Source: Spirochaetia bacterium
GTDB lineage: Bacteria; Spirochaetota; Spirochaetia; SZUA-6; Bin103
Direction of reading: 5' to 3'
DNA: 64,000 nucleotides
NCBI GenBank assembly: GCA_965203905.1
Contig: CBDBDQ010000005.1
Location: 6,336,001 to 6,400,000 of the forward strand
Shown here: positions 29,041-40,353 of the stretch, in pieces
Numbering within the stretch: position 1 is the stretch's first letter
How the letters are laid out: the number at the start of each line of letters is the position of its first letter
Made by a program: the position numbers and the translations under genes
Notes under the pieces: generated by a model
What the model saw: only the letters and a program-made list of their open reading frames with translations
What the model was told of the DNA's origin: nothing
Databases searched by the model: none

Positions 29041-29192
29041 TGCGCGCGCAACCTGCGCGAGTTCGCCGCCTTCGCACCGTTCCACGAGCGCCAGATGGCG
29101 CGGGTGCTGCGCGCCTTCCTGTGCCAGGCGGGAATCGGGGGGGTATTGACCAGCGTCTCTTGCTGGGCAACGGTGAGGGTATGGAAGGTGTG

Positions 29193-30845
29193 ATGTCACG
29201 GTCGCCGGTGCTGCTCAGCGCAGAGCAGGTTCGCCAGTTCATCGCCGACGGCTATCTGGTGTTGCAGCCGTCGCTGCCGGCCAACCTGCATCGGGCCATC
29301 TGCGGCCGGCTGGCCGCGGCGATTCCGGGGTCCGACAATCCCGGCAACAACGTCCTGCCGCTGGTACCCGAGATGCGCCACGTGCTGGAAGCGCCGGAGG
29401 TGCACGGCGCCCTGCTCAGCCTGCTCGGTCCCGGCTACCTCGAGCACCCGCATCGCTTCTGCCACATCGAGGCTCAGCAGTCCACGGAAGGGCTCGACTA
29501 CCCCGCCAAGCTGGCCGGCAACTGCCACCAGGACTCCTACACTCCCCTCGGCCGCCCGCGTCACCACCACATCCGCTACCTGCGTCTCATGTACTACCCG
29601 CAGGACACTCCGCAGGAGCTGGGGCCCACCCACGTCATTCCCGGCACCCACCTCAACGGCGGGCTGGACGACTCCGAACGGGCGCGGCCGTTGCCGGTGC
29701 GCGGCGGCGCCGGCACGGTGAGCCTGACCCACTTCGACCTGGGCCATGCCGCGGGTGTCAATTACAGCGCGCAGCGGCGCTTCATGGTGAAGTTCATCTT
29801 CATGCGCGCGACGGCGCCGCAGGCGAACGGCTGGTCCGGTCCGGACCAGGCCTGGGCCAACCCCGGGCAGATCGCCGGGCCGGATCGGCTGGAGTTGGCC
29901 TGGTCGCACCTGTGGGACTGGGTGCGAGGTGCGCAGCGCTACGCCAGCCTGGCCGCGGGGGCGCTGGCGCAAGACCCCCTTCCGGCGGCCAACGGTACGA
30001 GCGTGGCCGCGCTGCGCGAGCAACTGAACGCCGCCACGGACTCCACTGCGCGAGTTGCGGCCGCACACCTCCTGGCGGCCCGGGGCGCGGAAGCCGTAGC
30101 GGCGGTACCGGACCTGATTGCAGTCCTCAATCGCGTCCCCGATCCGGTGCGCATCGCCGCCACCTATGCCCTGGGCGCGATCGGCGCGCCGGCGGTGGAA
30201 CCGCTGGCCGCCGTACTGCGCGGCTCCCGCGATGCCCTGCCGCAGTTGCTGCGGGGTGTCGGTCGCTCCAAACGGCCGGTGTGGCGCGAGCAGGCGCTGG
30301 TGATGGACGACGCGGGGCACGCTCTGGGGGCGATGGGTGCTACGGCGCTGCCGGTCCTGATCGACCTGCTACGGGACGCCAGCGAGTGGGCCCGGGTCAA
30401 CGCCGCCTTTGCCCTGGGAGAGATGGACGCCGCCGCCCGCGACGCCGTTCCCGCGCTGGCAGCCGCGCTGGACGATCGGTCACACTTCGTGGTGCGCACC
30501 GCGGCGGACGCACTGGGTGCGATCGGAGCGGCTGAAGCCGCGGCTCCGCTGGGTGCCCTGCTGCACCAGGAACGTCCCGGCTGGGACGAACCCCAAATAC
30601 GCGGCTGGTGCCTCCGCGACCAGGTACGGGTCAATGCCGCCACGGCGCTGGCACGCCTGGGCACCGGTGCCGCCGCCGCCGAAGCCGACCTGATCGCCGC
30701 CCTTGACGACCCCTGCGGTCAGGTGACCAGCTTCGTGGTGACCGCGCTGCACCGCCTCGGCTCCCCCTCCGCCGCGGACGCCGCCCTCAGCATGCTCAGC
30801 GCCCAGCGCTGGGACCCCTCGCTCACCGGCGCCCACCGCTTCTGA
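29193..30845 (+). CDS. PhyH-like Fe(II)/2OG dioxygenase fused to PBS-lyase HEAT repeats
   Basis: QF..DGYLV, HQD, YYPQD.P.ELGPT.VIPGTH, then repeated VR..AA.ALG.IG. Confidence 0.82.
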   Translation: MSRSPVLLSAEQVRQFIADGYLVLQPSLPANLHRAICGRLAAAIPGSDNPGNNVLPLVPEMRHVLEAPEVHGALLSLLGPGYLEHPHRFCHIEAQQSTEGLDYPAKLAGNCHQDSYTPLGRPRHHHIRYLRLMYYPQDTPQELGPTHVIPGTHLNGGLDDSERARPLPVRGGAGTVSLTHFDLGHAAGVNYSAQRRFMVKFIFMRATAPQANGWSGPDQAWANPGQIAGPDRLELAWSHLWDWVRGAQRYASLAAGALAQDPLPAANGTSVAALREQLNAATDSTARVAAAHLLAARGAEAVAAVPDLIAVLNRVPDPVRIAATYALGAIGAPAVEPLAAVLRGSRDALPQLLRGVGRSKRPVWREQALVMDDAGHALGAMGATALPVLIDLLRDASEWARVNAAFALGEMDAAARDAVPALAAALDDRSHFVVRTAADALGAIGAAEAAAPLGALLHQERPGWDEPQIRGWCLRDQVRVNAATALARLGTGAAAAEADLIAALDDPCGQVTSFVVTALHRLGSPSAADAALSMLSAQRWDPSLTGAHRF

Positions 30846-31009
30846 TTCGCTCCGCCGCCCGGCGGCGGCCGGCACCCGGAGGAGCGACTCCAGGCTCGGG
30901 GCACGGCACGGGACGGTTCTGGACTTGCGATGGCCGTTGAACGCGCGGCGCGGGTGGCCCCGGATCCCGGAGCACCGCCGGCCGCACGGGTGCTCACGGT
31001 GGCGATTCG

Positions 31010-31771
31010 ATGAACGAGCTGCTCGGCCTGCTGCCGGTGCTGAGCCCGCTGCAGTGGGCCGGTTACGGCACCGGCGCGTTGCTGGTGGGAATCACCAAGA
31101 CCGGCATCCCCGGCCTCGGTCCGCTGGTCGTGCCGCTGCTGGCGAGCGTGTTCCCGGCGCGCGCCTCCACCGGCGTGCTGCTGCCGTTGCTGATCGCGGC
31201 CGACGTGTTCGCGGTGCTCCGCTACCGGCGCCACGCCGTGTGGCGCCACCTGGTGCGCATGCTGCCCTGGACCCTGGGAGGGGTGGTCGCGGGCTGGCGC
31301 GTGCTGGGCGCCGTCAACGACCGCCAGCTGGAGGTGATGATCGGCCTGATCGTGCTCGCGATCCTGGCCGTCGGGGCGGCGCGCGAGCGCTGGCCCGATG
31401 CCGGCGGCACCGTGTTCAGCTCCTGGTGGTGGGCGGCCCTGGTGGGGCTTGCGGCGGGCTTCACCACCATGGTCTCCAACGCCGCCGGGCCGATCATGGT
31501 CGTCTACCTGCTGGCGATGCGGCTGCCGAAGCGCGCGTTCGTCGGCACCGGCGCCTGGTACTACTTCCTGCTCAACCTGGTGAAGGTGCCGTTCAGCGTC
31601 AACCTGGGGCTGATCACCGGCGCCACCCTGCTCCTCAACGCGCTGGCCCTGCCGGCCATCGCGCTGGGCGCGCTGCTGGGCATGGTGGCCCTGGAACGCA
31701 TTCCCGAACGTGGCTTCACCCGCTCCATGCAGGCGCTGGCGGCGCTCGCGGCACTGAACCTGCTGCTCTGA
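31010..31771 (+). CDS. TauE/SafE-family exporter
   Basis: G.TKTGIPG, LPLLI.AD, NAAGP, FVGT.AWY.F..N..KVPF. Confidence 0.88.
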   Translation: MNELLGLLPVLSPLQWAGYGTGALLVGITKTGIPGLGPLVVPLLASVFPARASTGVLLPLLIAADVFAVLRYRRHAVWRHLVRMLPWTLGGVVAGWRVLGAVNDRQLEVMIGLIVLAILAVGAARERWPDAGGTVFSSWWWAALVGLAAGFTTMVSNAAGPIMVVYLLAMRLPKRAFVGTGAWYYFLLNLVKVPFSVNLGLITGATLLLNALALPAIALGALLGMVALERIPERGFTRSMQALAALAALNLLL

Positions 31772-31824
31772 CGCGTGCGCGCGCGGTGGGCGCATCCGCC
31801 ACCCGCAAGATATATTGCGCGCGC

Positions 31825-33447
31825 ATGCATCGAACTCGCAGCACAATCGCCGCCGCCGCACGGCGGCGGTGGCGGCGACTGCAGTCGTCCACGGCTCTGG
31901 TACTGTTGCTGGCCGGTGCGGCCGCCTCTGGGTACGCCCAATCGTTGTTCGATCCCAGCGACCGTATCTACCGCCATCTGGCGATCTGGGAACAGCGCGG
32001 CTACTTCGCGCCGCTGCCGGAGTTGAGACCCTATGCGCCGCAACTCATCGTCCAGCTTCTGCGGGAGGTGGCGACCAACGGTGACGCGCGCGACCGCGAG
32101 TTGGCGGAGTCGTATCTGGAGGCCTTGGCGCCGCGCACCTTCGGGGTCGCTTCCGAGTTGCCGCCGCTCCAGGTCGGCGTCCGCGCCAGCCTGGAGTCGT
32201 CACCGGATCCCGCCCCGCGAATCAGGATCACCGGAGAACTAGAGTCGACCTACGTACCGGATGGGCTGTTCGCCTACTCGGCCATGCTCAGCTACTGGTG
32301 GCAGAGCGGCTCCAAACGGCGACTGAGCTACACCGTCCCCCAGGTTCCCGCGCGCGGCCTGAACCTGTACGGCCGCAACGTGGGGGCCGGTGACGTGCGC
32401 GCCGCGGCGACGTTCGGCGTGCCCGGCCTGCACCTGCAAGCCGGCTTCGTCCAACACGGGTTCGGTTCGGCCCTGCATGACAGCCTGGTGTTGGCGCCGG
32501 GGGCGCCGGCCGCGGCCCAGCTCAGTGGCGTCTACCGCGGCGCGACATTCAGCTACAGCGCCTCGTTGCTGCAACTCGTGGCCGAGCGTGCGGTGACCAG
32601 GACGGGCCGCCGGTACCTTCTCAAGTCGGGCTGCCCGGAAGCGGATGAGTGCCCGCGCAGCGTCGGCTTTCCCTCCAAGTACCTGATGCTCCACGCCTTG
32701 CAATGGTATCCCCTGCCCTGGTTCAACCTGAGCCTCTTTTCGAGCTGGTTGTTCGGCGCGCGCGCCTCGCTGTATCAACTGCTGCCCACGGCTCCGGTCA
32801 CCGAACCCTTTACCGGTGACTACGACAACGGGCTGACCGGCGGCTCGCTGTGGTTGCGGTTGCCGGCCGACTTCGGCGCCGGCGCGACGCTGTTCGTGGA
32901 CGATTACCATCCCATCAACCGTGACGGTTCGGTGAGCCTTTTCACCAACAAGATGGCCGGGCAAGCGAACCTGTCCTGGGCCCCCTCCGGGCTGCCGGCA
33001 GTGGTGTCCGTCGATTACCTGTTCGTTTCTCCCTACACCTATACCCATTCCAGCCACCAGCCCATCAACTACCTGACCTACACCCACAAACGCCAGCCGC
33101 TCGGCACTGCTCTGCCGCCCGACTCCGACCGCTGGACCATCGCGGCACTGGTGACTCCGGTACCGCAACTCGATCTGGAACTGGCCGCGCGCCTCATCCG
33201 GCACGGCGCAGGTTCGATCTGGGACGACGGCTATGACGACGACGGCAAGGCGACGTTCGTGGGCGGAGCCCCCGACTTCCTCGACCCGGTGACGGAGACC
33301 GCGTACCAATTCGAGGTCGCAGCCAGCGGCCGGGTGCCGATCGCCAACCTGGAGTTGGCGGCGCGGATCAACTACGGGCTCGAATACCTCGAGTCGCGAA
33401 GCGCCACCGCTCACCTGTTCGGCGTCCAGGTCGGGATCAGCCTGTAA
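31825..33447 (+). CDS. Secreted/outer-membrane protein, capsule-assembly Wzi-like
   Basis: Signal peptide, L..W...G....LP..RPY, KYL.LH, DN...G, PYTYTH, LG..LPPDSD. Confidence 0.55.
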   Translation: MHRTRSTIAAAARRRWRRLQSSTALVLLLAGAAASGYAQSLFDPSDRIYRHLAIWEQRGYFAPLPELRPYAPQLIVQLLREVATNGDARDRELAESYLEALAPRTFGVASELPPLQVGVRASLESSPDPAPRIRITGELESTYVPDGLFAYSAMLSYWWQSGSKRRLSYTVPQVPARGLNLYGRNVGAGDVRAAATFGVPGLHLQAGFVQHGFGSALHDSLVLAPGAPAAAQLSGVYRGATFSYSASLLQLVAERAVTRTGRRYLLKSGCPEADECPRSVGFPSKYLMLHALQWYPLPWFNLSLFSSWLFGARASLYQLLPTAPVTEPFTGDYDNGLTGGSLWLRLPADFGAGATLFVDDYHPINRDGSVSLFTNKMAGQANLSWAPSGLPAVVSVDYLFVSPYTYTHSSHQPINYLTYTHKRQPLGTALPPDSDRWTIAALVTPVPQLDLELAARLIRHGAGSIWDDGYDDDGKATFVGGAPDFLDPVTETAYQFEVAASGRVPIANLELAARINYGLEYLESRSATAHLFGVQVGISL

Positions 33448-35807
33448 CCCGGGACGCCCCGCGGCCGCCGAGCAGCGCCGGCACCAGCACCAGGGTACCG
33501 AACGTGGCCCCGATCAGGGTCGTGGAAATCAGCACGGCGAGATACACCACCGGCAGGAAGCGGGAGAATGCCAGGGGCGCCATCCCGGCAACGATCGCGG
33601 CGGTGGTGATCAGTATGGCGCGGCCGGCGTGCTGCATCGCCACCGCCACCGCGACGCGGTGATCCCTGCGGCGGGCGCGGCGATAGTGCAGCAGAAAGTG
33701 GATCGAGTCATCGACGCCGACGCCAATGGCCACGCCGGCGAAGCTGACGGTAAGTGCGTCCAGGGGAATGCGGAACAGCGCCATCAGGATGAACGCAAGC
33801 ATGATGGCCGTGGTCAGCGGCAGCAATGCCAGCAACCCGAACCGCACGGAACGAAAGGCGACGCTGGTAATCAGCAGCACCAGCAGGATCGAGGCCACGG
33901 TGGAGACCAGTTGCTCGCGCGCGAGTATCTCCGCAACTCGCAGCGTGACCATGCTCCAGCCCCCACAACTCGGGTTCCCAATGCGCGGGAAAGGCGCGTT
34001 CGGCCCGGCTGCGCAGAAACTGCACCAGCTCCCGCATCTCATGTTCCAGCAGCAGCCATCCGGTAGTGTCGCTTCGAATCCAGATGCGCGTGGTTACGCG
34101 ACCGCGCGGAACGTCGACGAGTCCGCCGAAGTCGATCCCGCTGGCGGCGCCGAGCTTCAGAAAACGCTGAAACAGAGACACCACCGTGGGGTTCTGCGGA
34201 TAGCTTGCGCTACCGGCGACGGCGTGGTTGAGGGCGCGCAGATAGCCCACGATGGAGGTGACGTGACTGACGTAGCGATGGCCTTGCACCGACTCCTCGA
34301 AGTCGGCGAGCGCGCGCAGCAGGGAGGCGTCGCTGAGGCCTGCCGCGTCCCCGGTGGTGACGGTCAAGTTGAGATCCAGGTAACTGCCGAAGCGATCCAT
34401 CAGCACGCGGTTGTCCTCTACCGCGGGGACCGACCCACGGAAGAACCCGGCGACGTCGGTCTGATAGCGCACGCCGCCGAGCGCGGCCGCGAACGCCACC
34501 GCCAACAGCCCCAGCAGCCCGAACAACGGCCAGCGCCGGCGTACCGTGAGGCGCGTCAGAAACGCCGCAAGGGTCGCCAGCCGGCCGCGCGTCAACCGTT
34601 CCCGCTGGGCCCGGGTCGGCAGCGGCAACAGTGCCAGCACGGCGGGATAGAGCAGCAGGGTCACCAGCGCGCAGATCAGAATGCCGGCGGCGGCGAACAG
34701 CCCGAACTCGCGTACCCGCGGCATGCCGCTGACCAGGAGGCTGGTGAATCCGGCAGCCGTGGTAAGGGAGGCCAGCACGACGGTCTGGCTGGCGCTGCCG
34801 GTGGCCCGCGCTACCAGGTCCCTCCTGATGGCCCCGGGAGCCTCGGTCGCGACCCGCGGGCGTGACGGTCCCGGCGCAGCGCCGGCGGCCGCGCCGAAGT
34901 AGCGGTTCATGAGGTGCACGCTGTACGAGCTGCCCAGGGCGAAGATCAGCGGCGGCAACATCAGGCTGGAGAGGCTCAGCGGCACACCGGCAAGCGCCAT
35001 CAGGCCCAGCGTCCAGAGCAGCGCCATGCCGATGGCCAGCAGTGGCAGCGCAACCGCGCGCAGGGTGGCGAAACTCAGCAGACACACCAGCAGGGTGATC
35101 AGCGCAGCGAGTCCGCCCAGCAACGGCAGTTCCCTGACGATGTAGCTGCGCGTGATTTCGTACACCGGCAACCAGCCACCCACGCGAATCGACAGTGCCT
35201 CCCCATGGGCGGCGATGACCGCACGCACGCGCTGCAACAGCGAGTCGTAGTTCTCCTGCGGTACCACCGAATACACCAGGTTCAGCGCCGGCACCTCGGC
35301 ATTGAACAGCGCCGCCACCGGCGGCGGAGCGGCGGACACGCGTTCGCGCCAGCGAGCCAGCTCCGCGCCGTCGACCGGCACCGTGCCCGCGGGTGCCAGC
35401 GGGCCCAGCAGCAGCCGCCCCCGATTGCGCTGGAAGGTGCGCAGGTTGAACGGCGTAAGTCTGTCCCGTACTTCCGGCAGTTCACTCAGGCGGCTGTCGA
35501 TTGCGGCGACCTGCGCCAGCCGCTCGGGATCCAGCAGCGCGGGGTGGCTCACTCCCACCAGCAACAGCTCACTGACCGCCGCGGGGTCGGTGTACTTGTC
35601 GACCAGCCGGCGGGTCGCGGAGTCGCGCGGCAGCAGGCCGGCGATATCGGCATCCACCCGCAGCCCGAATGCCAGCCAGGCGCTCAGCACGGTAACCACA
35701 CACAACACGCTCAGCACCGCGAACGGATGGCGCGCCACGCGCCCGGCCAACTCCTGAAACAGGAGTTCCGAGGCACCCCCCAAGCGGCGTCGCGGCGTGG
35801 TCGTCAC
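33437..35807 (-). pseudogene. MMPL/RND lipid transporter (copy 2), split by one extra base
   Basis: ORFs 33708-35807 and 33437-34042 join if the C5 run at 33960-33964 is C4 (ELW-G-WSMVTLRVAE); GSSYSVH and GVDDSIH motifs. Confidence 0.8.
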
Positions 35808-35869
35808 CGGCTTCCGCGGGAGTTCGGTCCCGCACCGAGGGGCGCGCGGATGGTAAGGTGGGGGCAGCC

Positions 35870-36637
35870 ATGAGCAGGCGTTCCCCGGAGCGCGTCTGGC
35901 AGCAGGATCGGCGGGCGTTCGCCACCCGTTCCCGGCGCCGGCTGCACATCCGTCCCTACCAGCGCCGCGACCGCGCTCGAATTCGGCGCATCATCTGCGC
36001 CACGGCACTGCGCGGCCGGCCGCTTTCCGCGTTCTTCGAAGACGAGCGGGTACTGGTGAAGCTGTTCCTGGATTACTACCTGAGCTACGAGCCGGAGTCC
36101 TGCTTCGTGGCCGAGAGCGAGGGCCGCGTGGTGGGCTACATCCTGGGTTGCAAGGATTCGCGCCGCTACCTGCGGGTAGTGGTGTTCCGCTACGGGCCGC
36201 AGCTCCTGGCACGACTCCTGTTGCGGCTGCTCACCGGCCGTTACCGGCGCCTGAGCACCTACCGTACGCTGTGGTGGGCCCTGGCACGAGCCTGGCGTGA
36301 GGTCCCGGCAGCGGATCTGCGGCGCTTTCCGGCCCACGTGCATCTCGGCGTCGATCAGGAATTGCGGAGCCAGGGATTCGCCTTCTACCGGTGCATGGTA
36401 CGCCTCGGCGACGCACTGATCCGCGACCTGCGCGCCCGCGGCGTACCCGGCCTGCATGGACAGATCGCCGAACCCGGTAATCAAGACTTCCTGTCCGGTC
36501 GCATCCAGACCCTGTACGGGTGCCGGATCGCCGCCCGGCGTCGGTTCTCGCTCTGGTCCCGGATCACCCGTGAACCGTGGTACCTCAAGCTGGTGACCTT
36601 GAATCTGGAAGGTGATCGGAGCGACCGGCGCGCCTGA
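35870..36637 (+). CDS. GNAT-family acetyltransferase
   Basis: IRPYQ..D, YY..YEP..CFVAE..G.VVGYILG, PAHVHL. Confidence 0.72.
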   Translation: MSRRSPERVWQQDRRAFATRSRRRLHIRPYQRRDRARIRRIICATALRGRPLSAFFEDERVLVKLFLDYYLSYEPESCFVAESEGRVVGYILGCKDSRRYLRVVVFRYGPQLLARLLLRLLTGRYRRLSTYRTLWWALARAWREVPAADLRRFPAHVHLGVDQELRSQGFAFYRCMVRLGDALIRDLRARGVPGLHGQIAEPGNQDFLSGRIQTLYGCRIAARRRFSLWSRITREPWYLKLVTLNLEGDRSDRRA

Positions 36638-36715
36638 ACTCGGTCGCCGCCGGCAGCGACCTTCAACGCGCAGCTGGCCGGCCGGAAGTAAGGGGCCGGA
36701 TTCGGTTCAGGGGCA

Positions 36716-37991
36716 TCAGGCCGCTGCCAGATACCGTTCGATGGTAGTGACGGCGCGGTCTACGCCGTCCTCGGCGCGGATCCGCTCGCGGGCGGCGCGC
36801 GCCGCCTGCCGCAGCGAGCGTGCTGGCGGCGGCCAACTCGATGGACGAGCCGAGATTGTCCGGGCGCAGTTCGCGCCACCTGAGGGGCGGCGGCGCCACT
36901 CCCAACTCGGTCAGCCGCCGCGCCCAGAAGAACTGATCGGCGAACCCCGGCACGACCACCGACGGAACCCCGGCCCGCAGGGAGGCAGCGCTGGTGCCGG
37001 CGCCGCCCGGATGCACGATCGCCGCCACCCGCTCGAAGAGGTAGTCGTGGGGCGCCGAGTCGAGCACCAGCATATCGCTGCCGTGGCGCCCCGGCTGCAG
37101 CGCACCCCACCCCTGCAGCAGAATGCCGCGCCGGCCTGCCCGGCGCAGCGCGCTGACCACCGTGTCCGTCAGGGCGGCCGGGTCCCCTACCTTGAGGCTG
37201 CTGAACCCTACGCACACCGGCGGCGGACCGGAGGCAAGGAACTCCTCCAACTCCGGCGCAACCGGCCACAGGCGACGCGTAGCGGGAAACCAGTATCCGG
37301 TCACGTGGGCCCAGGCCGGCCAGTCATCCGGCGGCGGCACCACCGCGGGGCTGAAGCCGTACAGATGCGGCGTGCGGCGGCGCCGGAGCTCCGGTCCGAT
37401 GCCGCTCCATGGCAGCGGCGGCAAGTCGAGCAACTCCCGGCGCATCCGGTTGAACTGGCGCTTCCAGGGCTGCCAGAAGGCCTGCTCCGTGGCCAGATGG
37501 CTGATCCGGTTGTAGCCGCGGCCCAGCCGCACCCGCGCCGGCGCCAGCACGCTGGGGAACTGGGCGGTCGGCATGAGCGGCTGCAAGGAAGCGAGGAAGG
37601 TCGGAATCCCAAGCCTTTCGCCCACGTGATGGGCCATCATTCCGAGCGCCGTGAAGACCACGGCGTCGGCATCCCGGCAGGCGTCACCGGCCGCCTGCCC
37701 CAGGCGCGGAATGGCCGGGCGCGCCACCCGCACCAATCCGGCCATGAAGCGCAGCGGGTTGTTGCGCGACGCCAGCCAGGAGTGGCCGCGGGCGCCGCTG
37801 AACAGCTCCACCGGATCCAGCGGCATGGCCGCGTACTCCAGGCCGTGGCCCAGCACGAACCGGCGATAGTGAACATGGGTCGCGACACGCACGTGGTGGC
37901 CGGCGCGGGTGAGCCCCGCGCCCAGTGCGCACAAGGGCAGCACGTCGCCCAGCGTGCCCAGGGTCACGATGCTAACCCTCACGTCGCCCAC
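36716..37991 (-). CDS. GT1 sterol/lipid glycosyltransferase-like protein (copy 2), frameshift near the 3' end
   Basis: GTLGDV.P, HPGGAGTS, PGFADQ; the tail LRQAARAARERIRAEDGV...* is in another frame from ~36820. Confidence 0.85.
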
Positions 37992-38071
37992 CTTAGCCTT
38001 AACCGCCAGCCGCTGGCGAGGACGCCCGCCCCCGGTTGCCGCGCCGGACGTGCCGCGGCAACACTGGCCGA

Positions 38072-39070
38072 GTGGGTGCGACCGGGAACGGCTCTTACCA
38101 ACATGTCTACTTCTCTCCGCACCTGGATGACGTGGTCCTGTCGTGCGCCGGCCGCATCGCCCGCCAGACTGCAGCGGGCGACCGGGTCCTGGTCGTTACC
38201 GTCTTCGCAGGTTGCGGGGACGACGCGGAACCGCCAGCCAACGCCGACTCCCCGCTCTGGGCTCCGTTTCAGGACGTTGCCGCGCGCCGGCGCGAAGATC
38301 GACGCGCGCTGCAGACACTCGCCGCCGATCACCGCTGGCTCGACTACCCGGATGCGATCCAGCGTCACCGCCGCTATGCGTCGGTGACGCGCATCACGGC
38401 TCCGCTGCCACGCCGTGAAGCGCCGCTGCTGGCGCGAGTGGCGGCCTCCGTAGCGGAGGTGAGCCGGCAACACCCGGCCGCGATGCTCTACTTCCCTTTG
38501 GGAATCGGTAACCACGTGGACCATCAGATGGTGGCCGCAGTCGGCCTCGATCGGCAACGGACTGGTTCTCCCCGGTCACGCGCGACCTTATTCTACGAGG
38601 ATACGCCCTATGTGTGCATCCCCCATCTGCTGGACCAGCGCTTCCAACTGGTGGGGATCGATGCTCCGGCAGGATCGCAACGGCCGGTTTTGGCACGTGC
38701 CCGCGAAACCTGCGCCGCGCTGTGGGCGGCTCCCGAACTCGGTCGCCACCTCCGCGACCGGGGGCCGGTCGCACGGATCCTGCTGTTCGCGTATCTTGTA
38801 GCGCGGTTCGCCCGCGCCGACGCCGGGGCGCGGCGCCGCAAGTGGCTCATCCTGAGCCCCGAGCCGGTCCGGATCGCCGCCTTCTTCGAGACCAAGATCG
38901 CCGCCATCGGCTGCTATCGGTCTCAGGTGCGGGCGCTGTTCGGAAACCTGGAGGAGCTCCGGCGCGTGCTGCGTTCCTGCGCGCCCGGCGGCGGCCGGGA
39001 AGCGTTGCAGGAACGTTGCTGGCGGCCGGCGCGAGAGCCGGACGCCTTTGGTGGAGGAGTCAACCGATGA
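38072..39070 (+). CDS. PIG-L/LmbE-family deacetylase
   Basis: SPHLDDVVLSC, RR.ED, PLGIGNHVDH, FYED.PY, K..AI.CY.SQ. Confidence 0.88.
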   Translation: MGATGNGSYQHVYFSPHLDDVVLSCAGRIARQTAAGDRVLVVTVFAGCGDDAEPPANADSPLWAPFQDVAARRREDRRALQTLAADHRWLDYPDAIQRHRRYASVTRITAPLPRREAPLLARVAASVAEVSRQHPAAMLYFPLGIGNHVDHQMVAAVGLDRQRTGSPRSRATLFYEDTPYVCIPHLLDQRFQLVGIDAPAGSQRPVLARARETCAALWAAPELGRHLRDRGPVARILLFAYLVARFARADAGARRRKWLILSPEPVRIAAFFETKIAAIGCYRSQVRALFGNLEELRRVLRSCAPGGGREALQERCWRPAREPDAFGGGVNR

Positions 39071-40353
39071 ATTCAGCCAGCGCCGAGCGCCGTGCTCGCG
39101 TGACCGCAGTGGAGCGCACCCGACTCTGGGTGCCGTTCGTGGAGCGCATCGCCCGCGACATGGAGCGGGCCGGGATCCATACCTGGTCGGAGATCGAGCT
39201 GATCGAGGTGCAGACCGACGCCGGCGTGAGCGGCTGGGGTGAGACGATCGAGAACTACACCTGGGGGCGCGCGGCAGCCGACGAGCGGGTCATCGGCCGT
39301 GCGCCGCTGGAGCTGATCTGGGACGACAGCCTGGGTGCCGGCCTGCAGATGGCGTTGCTCGACGCCACCGGTAAGCTGGCGCAGGTTCCCGTGCACGCGC
39401 TCCTGGGGCAGCAAGTCCGAAACGCCTGCCCACTGTCGTTCTGGGACCACGACATGGCGCCCGACCGCTACGCCGCCGAAGCGCGCGAGGCGGTGCGCCT
39501 CGGTTACACCTGCATGAAGATCAAGACGCGCCCGTGGTGGGACGTTCGCGACACGGTGCAGCGTATCTCCGCCGCCACGCCCGACTGGTTCGCCATCGAC
39601 GCCGACTGGAACGATTTCCTGATCGACGCCTCCACCGCCCTGCCGGTGCTGCAGGAACTGGAGCAGGCGTTCCCCAAGATCAAGATCTTCGAAGGCCCGA
39701 TCCGGGCCACCGATCTGGAGGGCAATCGGCGCTTGCGGGCACAGCTCCGTACCGCCGTCGCGCACCACTACGGGGCGGTGCCGCCCCACGCCGCCATCGC
39801 CCGCGGCTACTGCGACGGGTTCGTGGTGGGCGGCGGCGTCTCCGCGACCATGGCCGCGGCCACGGTAGCCAAGACCGCCAACATGCCGGTCTTCCTGCAG
39901 ATGGTGGGAACCGGGCTTACGGCCGCCCTCAGCCTGCACCTGGGAGCGGTACTGCCGGCCGCCCGCTGGCCGGCGGTGACCTGCCACGAGCTGTACCAGC
40001 ACTGCCTGCTGACCCGACGCCTCCCCGTCACCGGAGGTTACGCCGCGGTTCCCGAGGCTCCCGGCCTCGGCGTGGAGGTGGATCGCGAGGCGCTGGAGCG
40101 CTATCGGATCGCAAGCGTCGACCTGGCGCTGCCGCGACGGCTGATCCGCTACCGCAGAGCCTCCGGCGTCAGCGTGTACTTCACCGCCCACGCCCGTCCC
40201 GGTACCCAGATGTGGCAATACTTCGCCAGCGGAAACCAGCCGCCGTACGAGGGGGAAGTCTTCACCGAGCTGCTGGATGACGACGGCAGCGAGGCGTTCG
40301 CGCGCCTCTATGCGCGCGCGGAGCAGGCCCCCGTCCTCACCTCGGAACGATAG
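39067..40353 (+). CDS. Mandelate racemase / enolase-superfamily enzyme
   Basis: TDAG..GWGE, MALLD..GK..VPVH.LLG, KIK, PGLGVEVD; ATGA overlap. Confidence 0.85.
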   Translation: MNSASAERRARVTAVERTRLWVPFVERIARDMERAGIHTWSEIELIEVQTDAGVSGWGETIENYTWGRAAADERVIGRAPLELIWDDSLGAGLQMALLDATGKLAQVPVHALLGQQVRNACPLSFWDHDMAPDRYAAEAREAVRLGYTCMKIKTRPWWDVRDTVQRISAATPDWFAIDADWNDFLIDASTALPVLQELEQAFPKIKIFEGPIRATDLEGNRRLRAQLRTAVAHHYGAVPPHAAIARGYCDGFVVGGGVSATMAAATVAKTANMPVFLQMVGTGLTAALSLHLGAVLPAARWPAVTCHELYQHCLLTRRLPVTGGYAAVPEAPGLGVEVDREALERYRIASVDLALPRRLIRYRRASGVSVYFTAHARPGTQMWQYFASGNQPPYEGEVFTELLDDDGSEAFARLYARAEQAPVLTSER

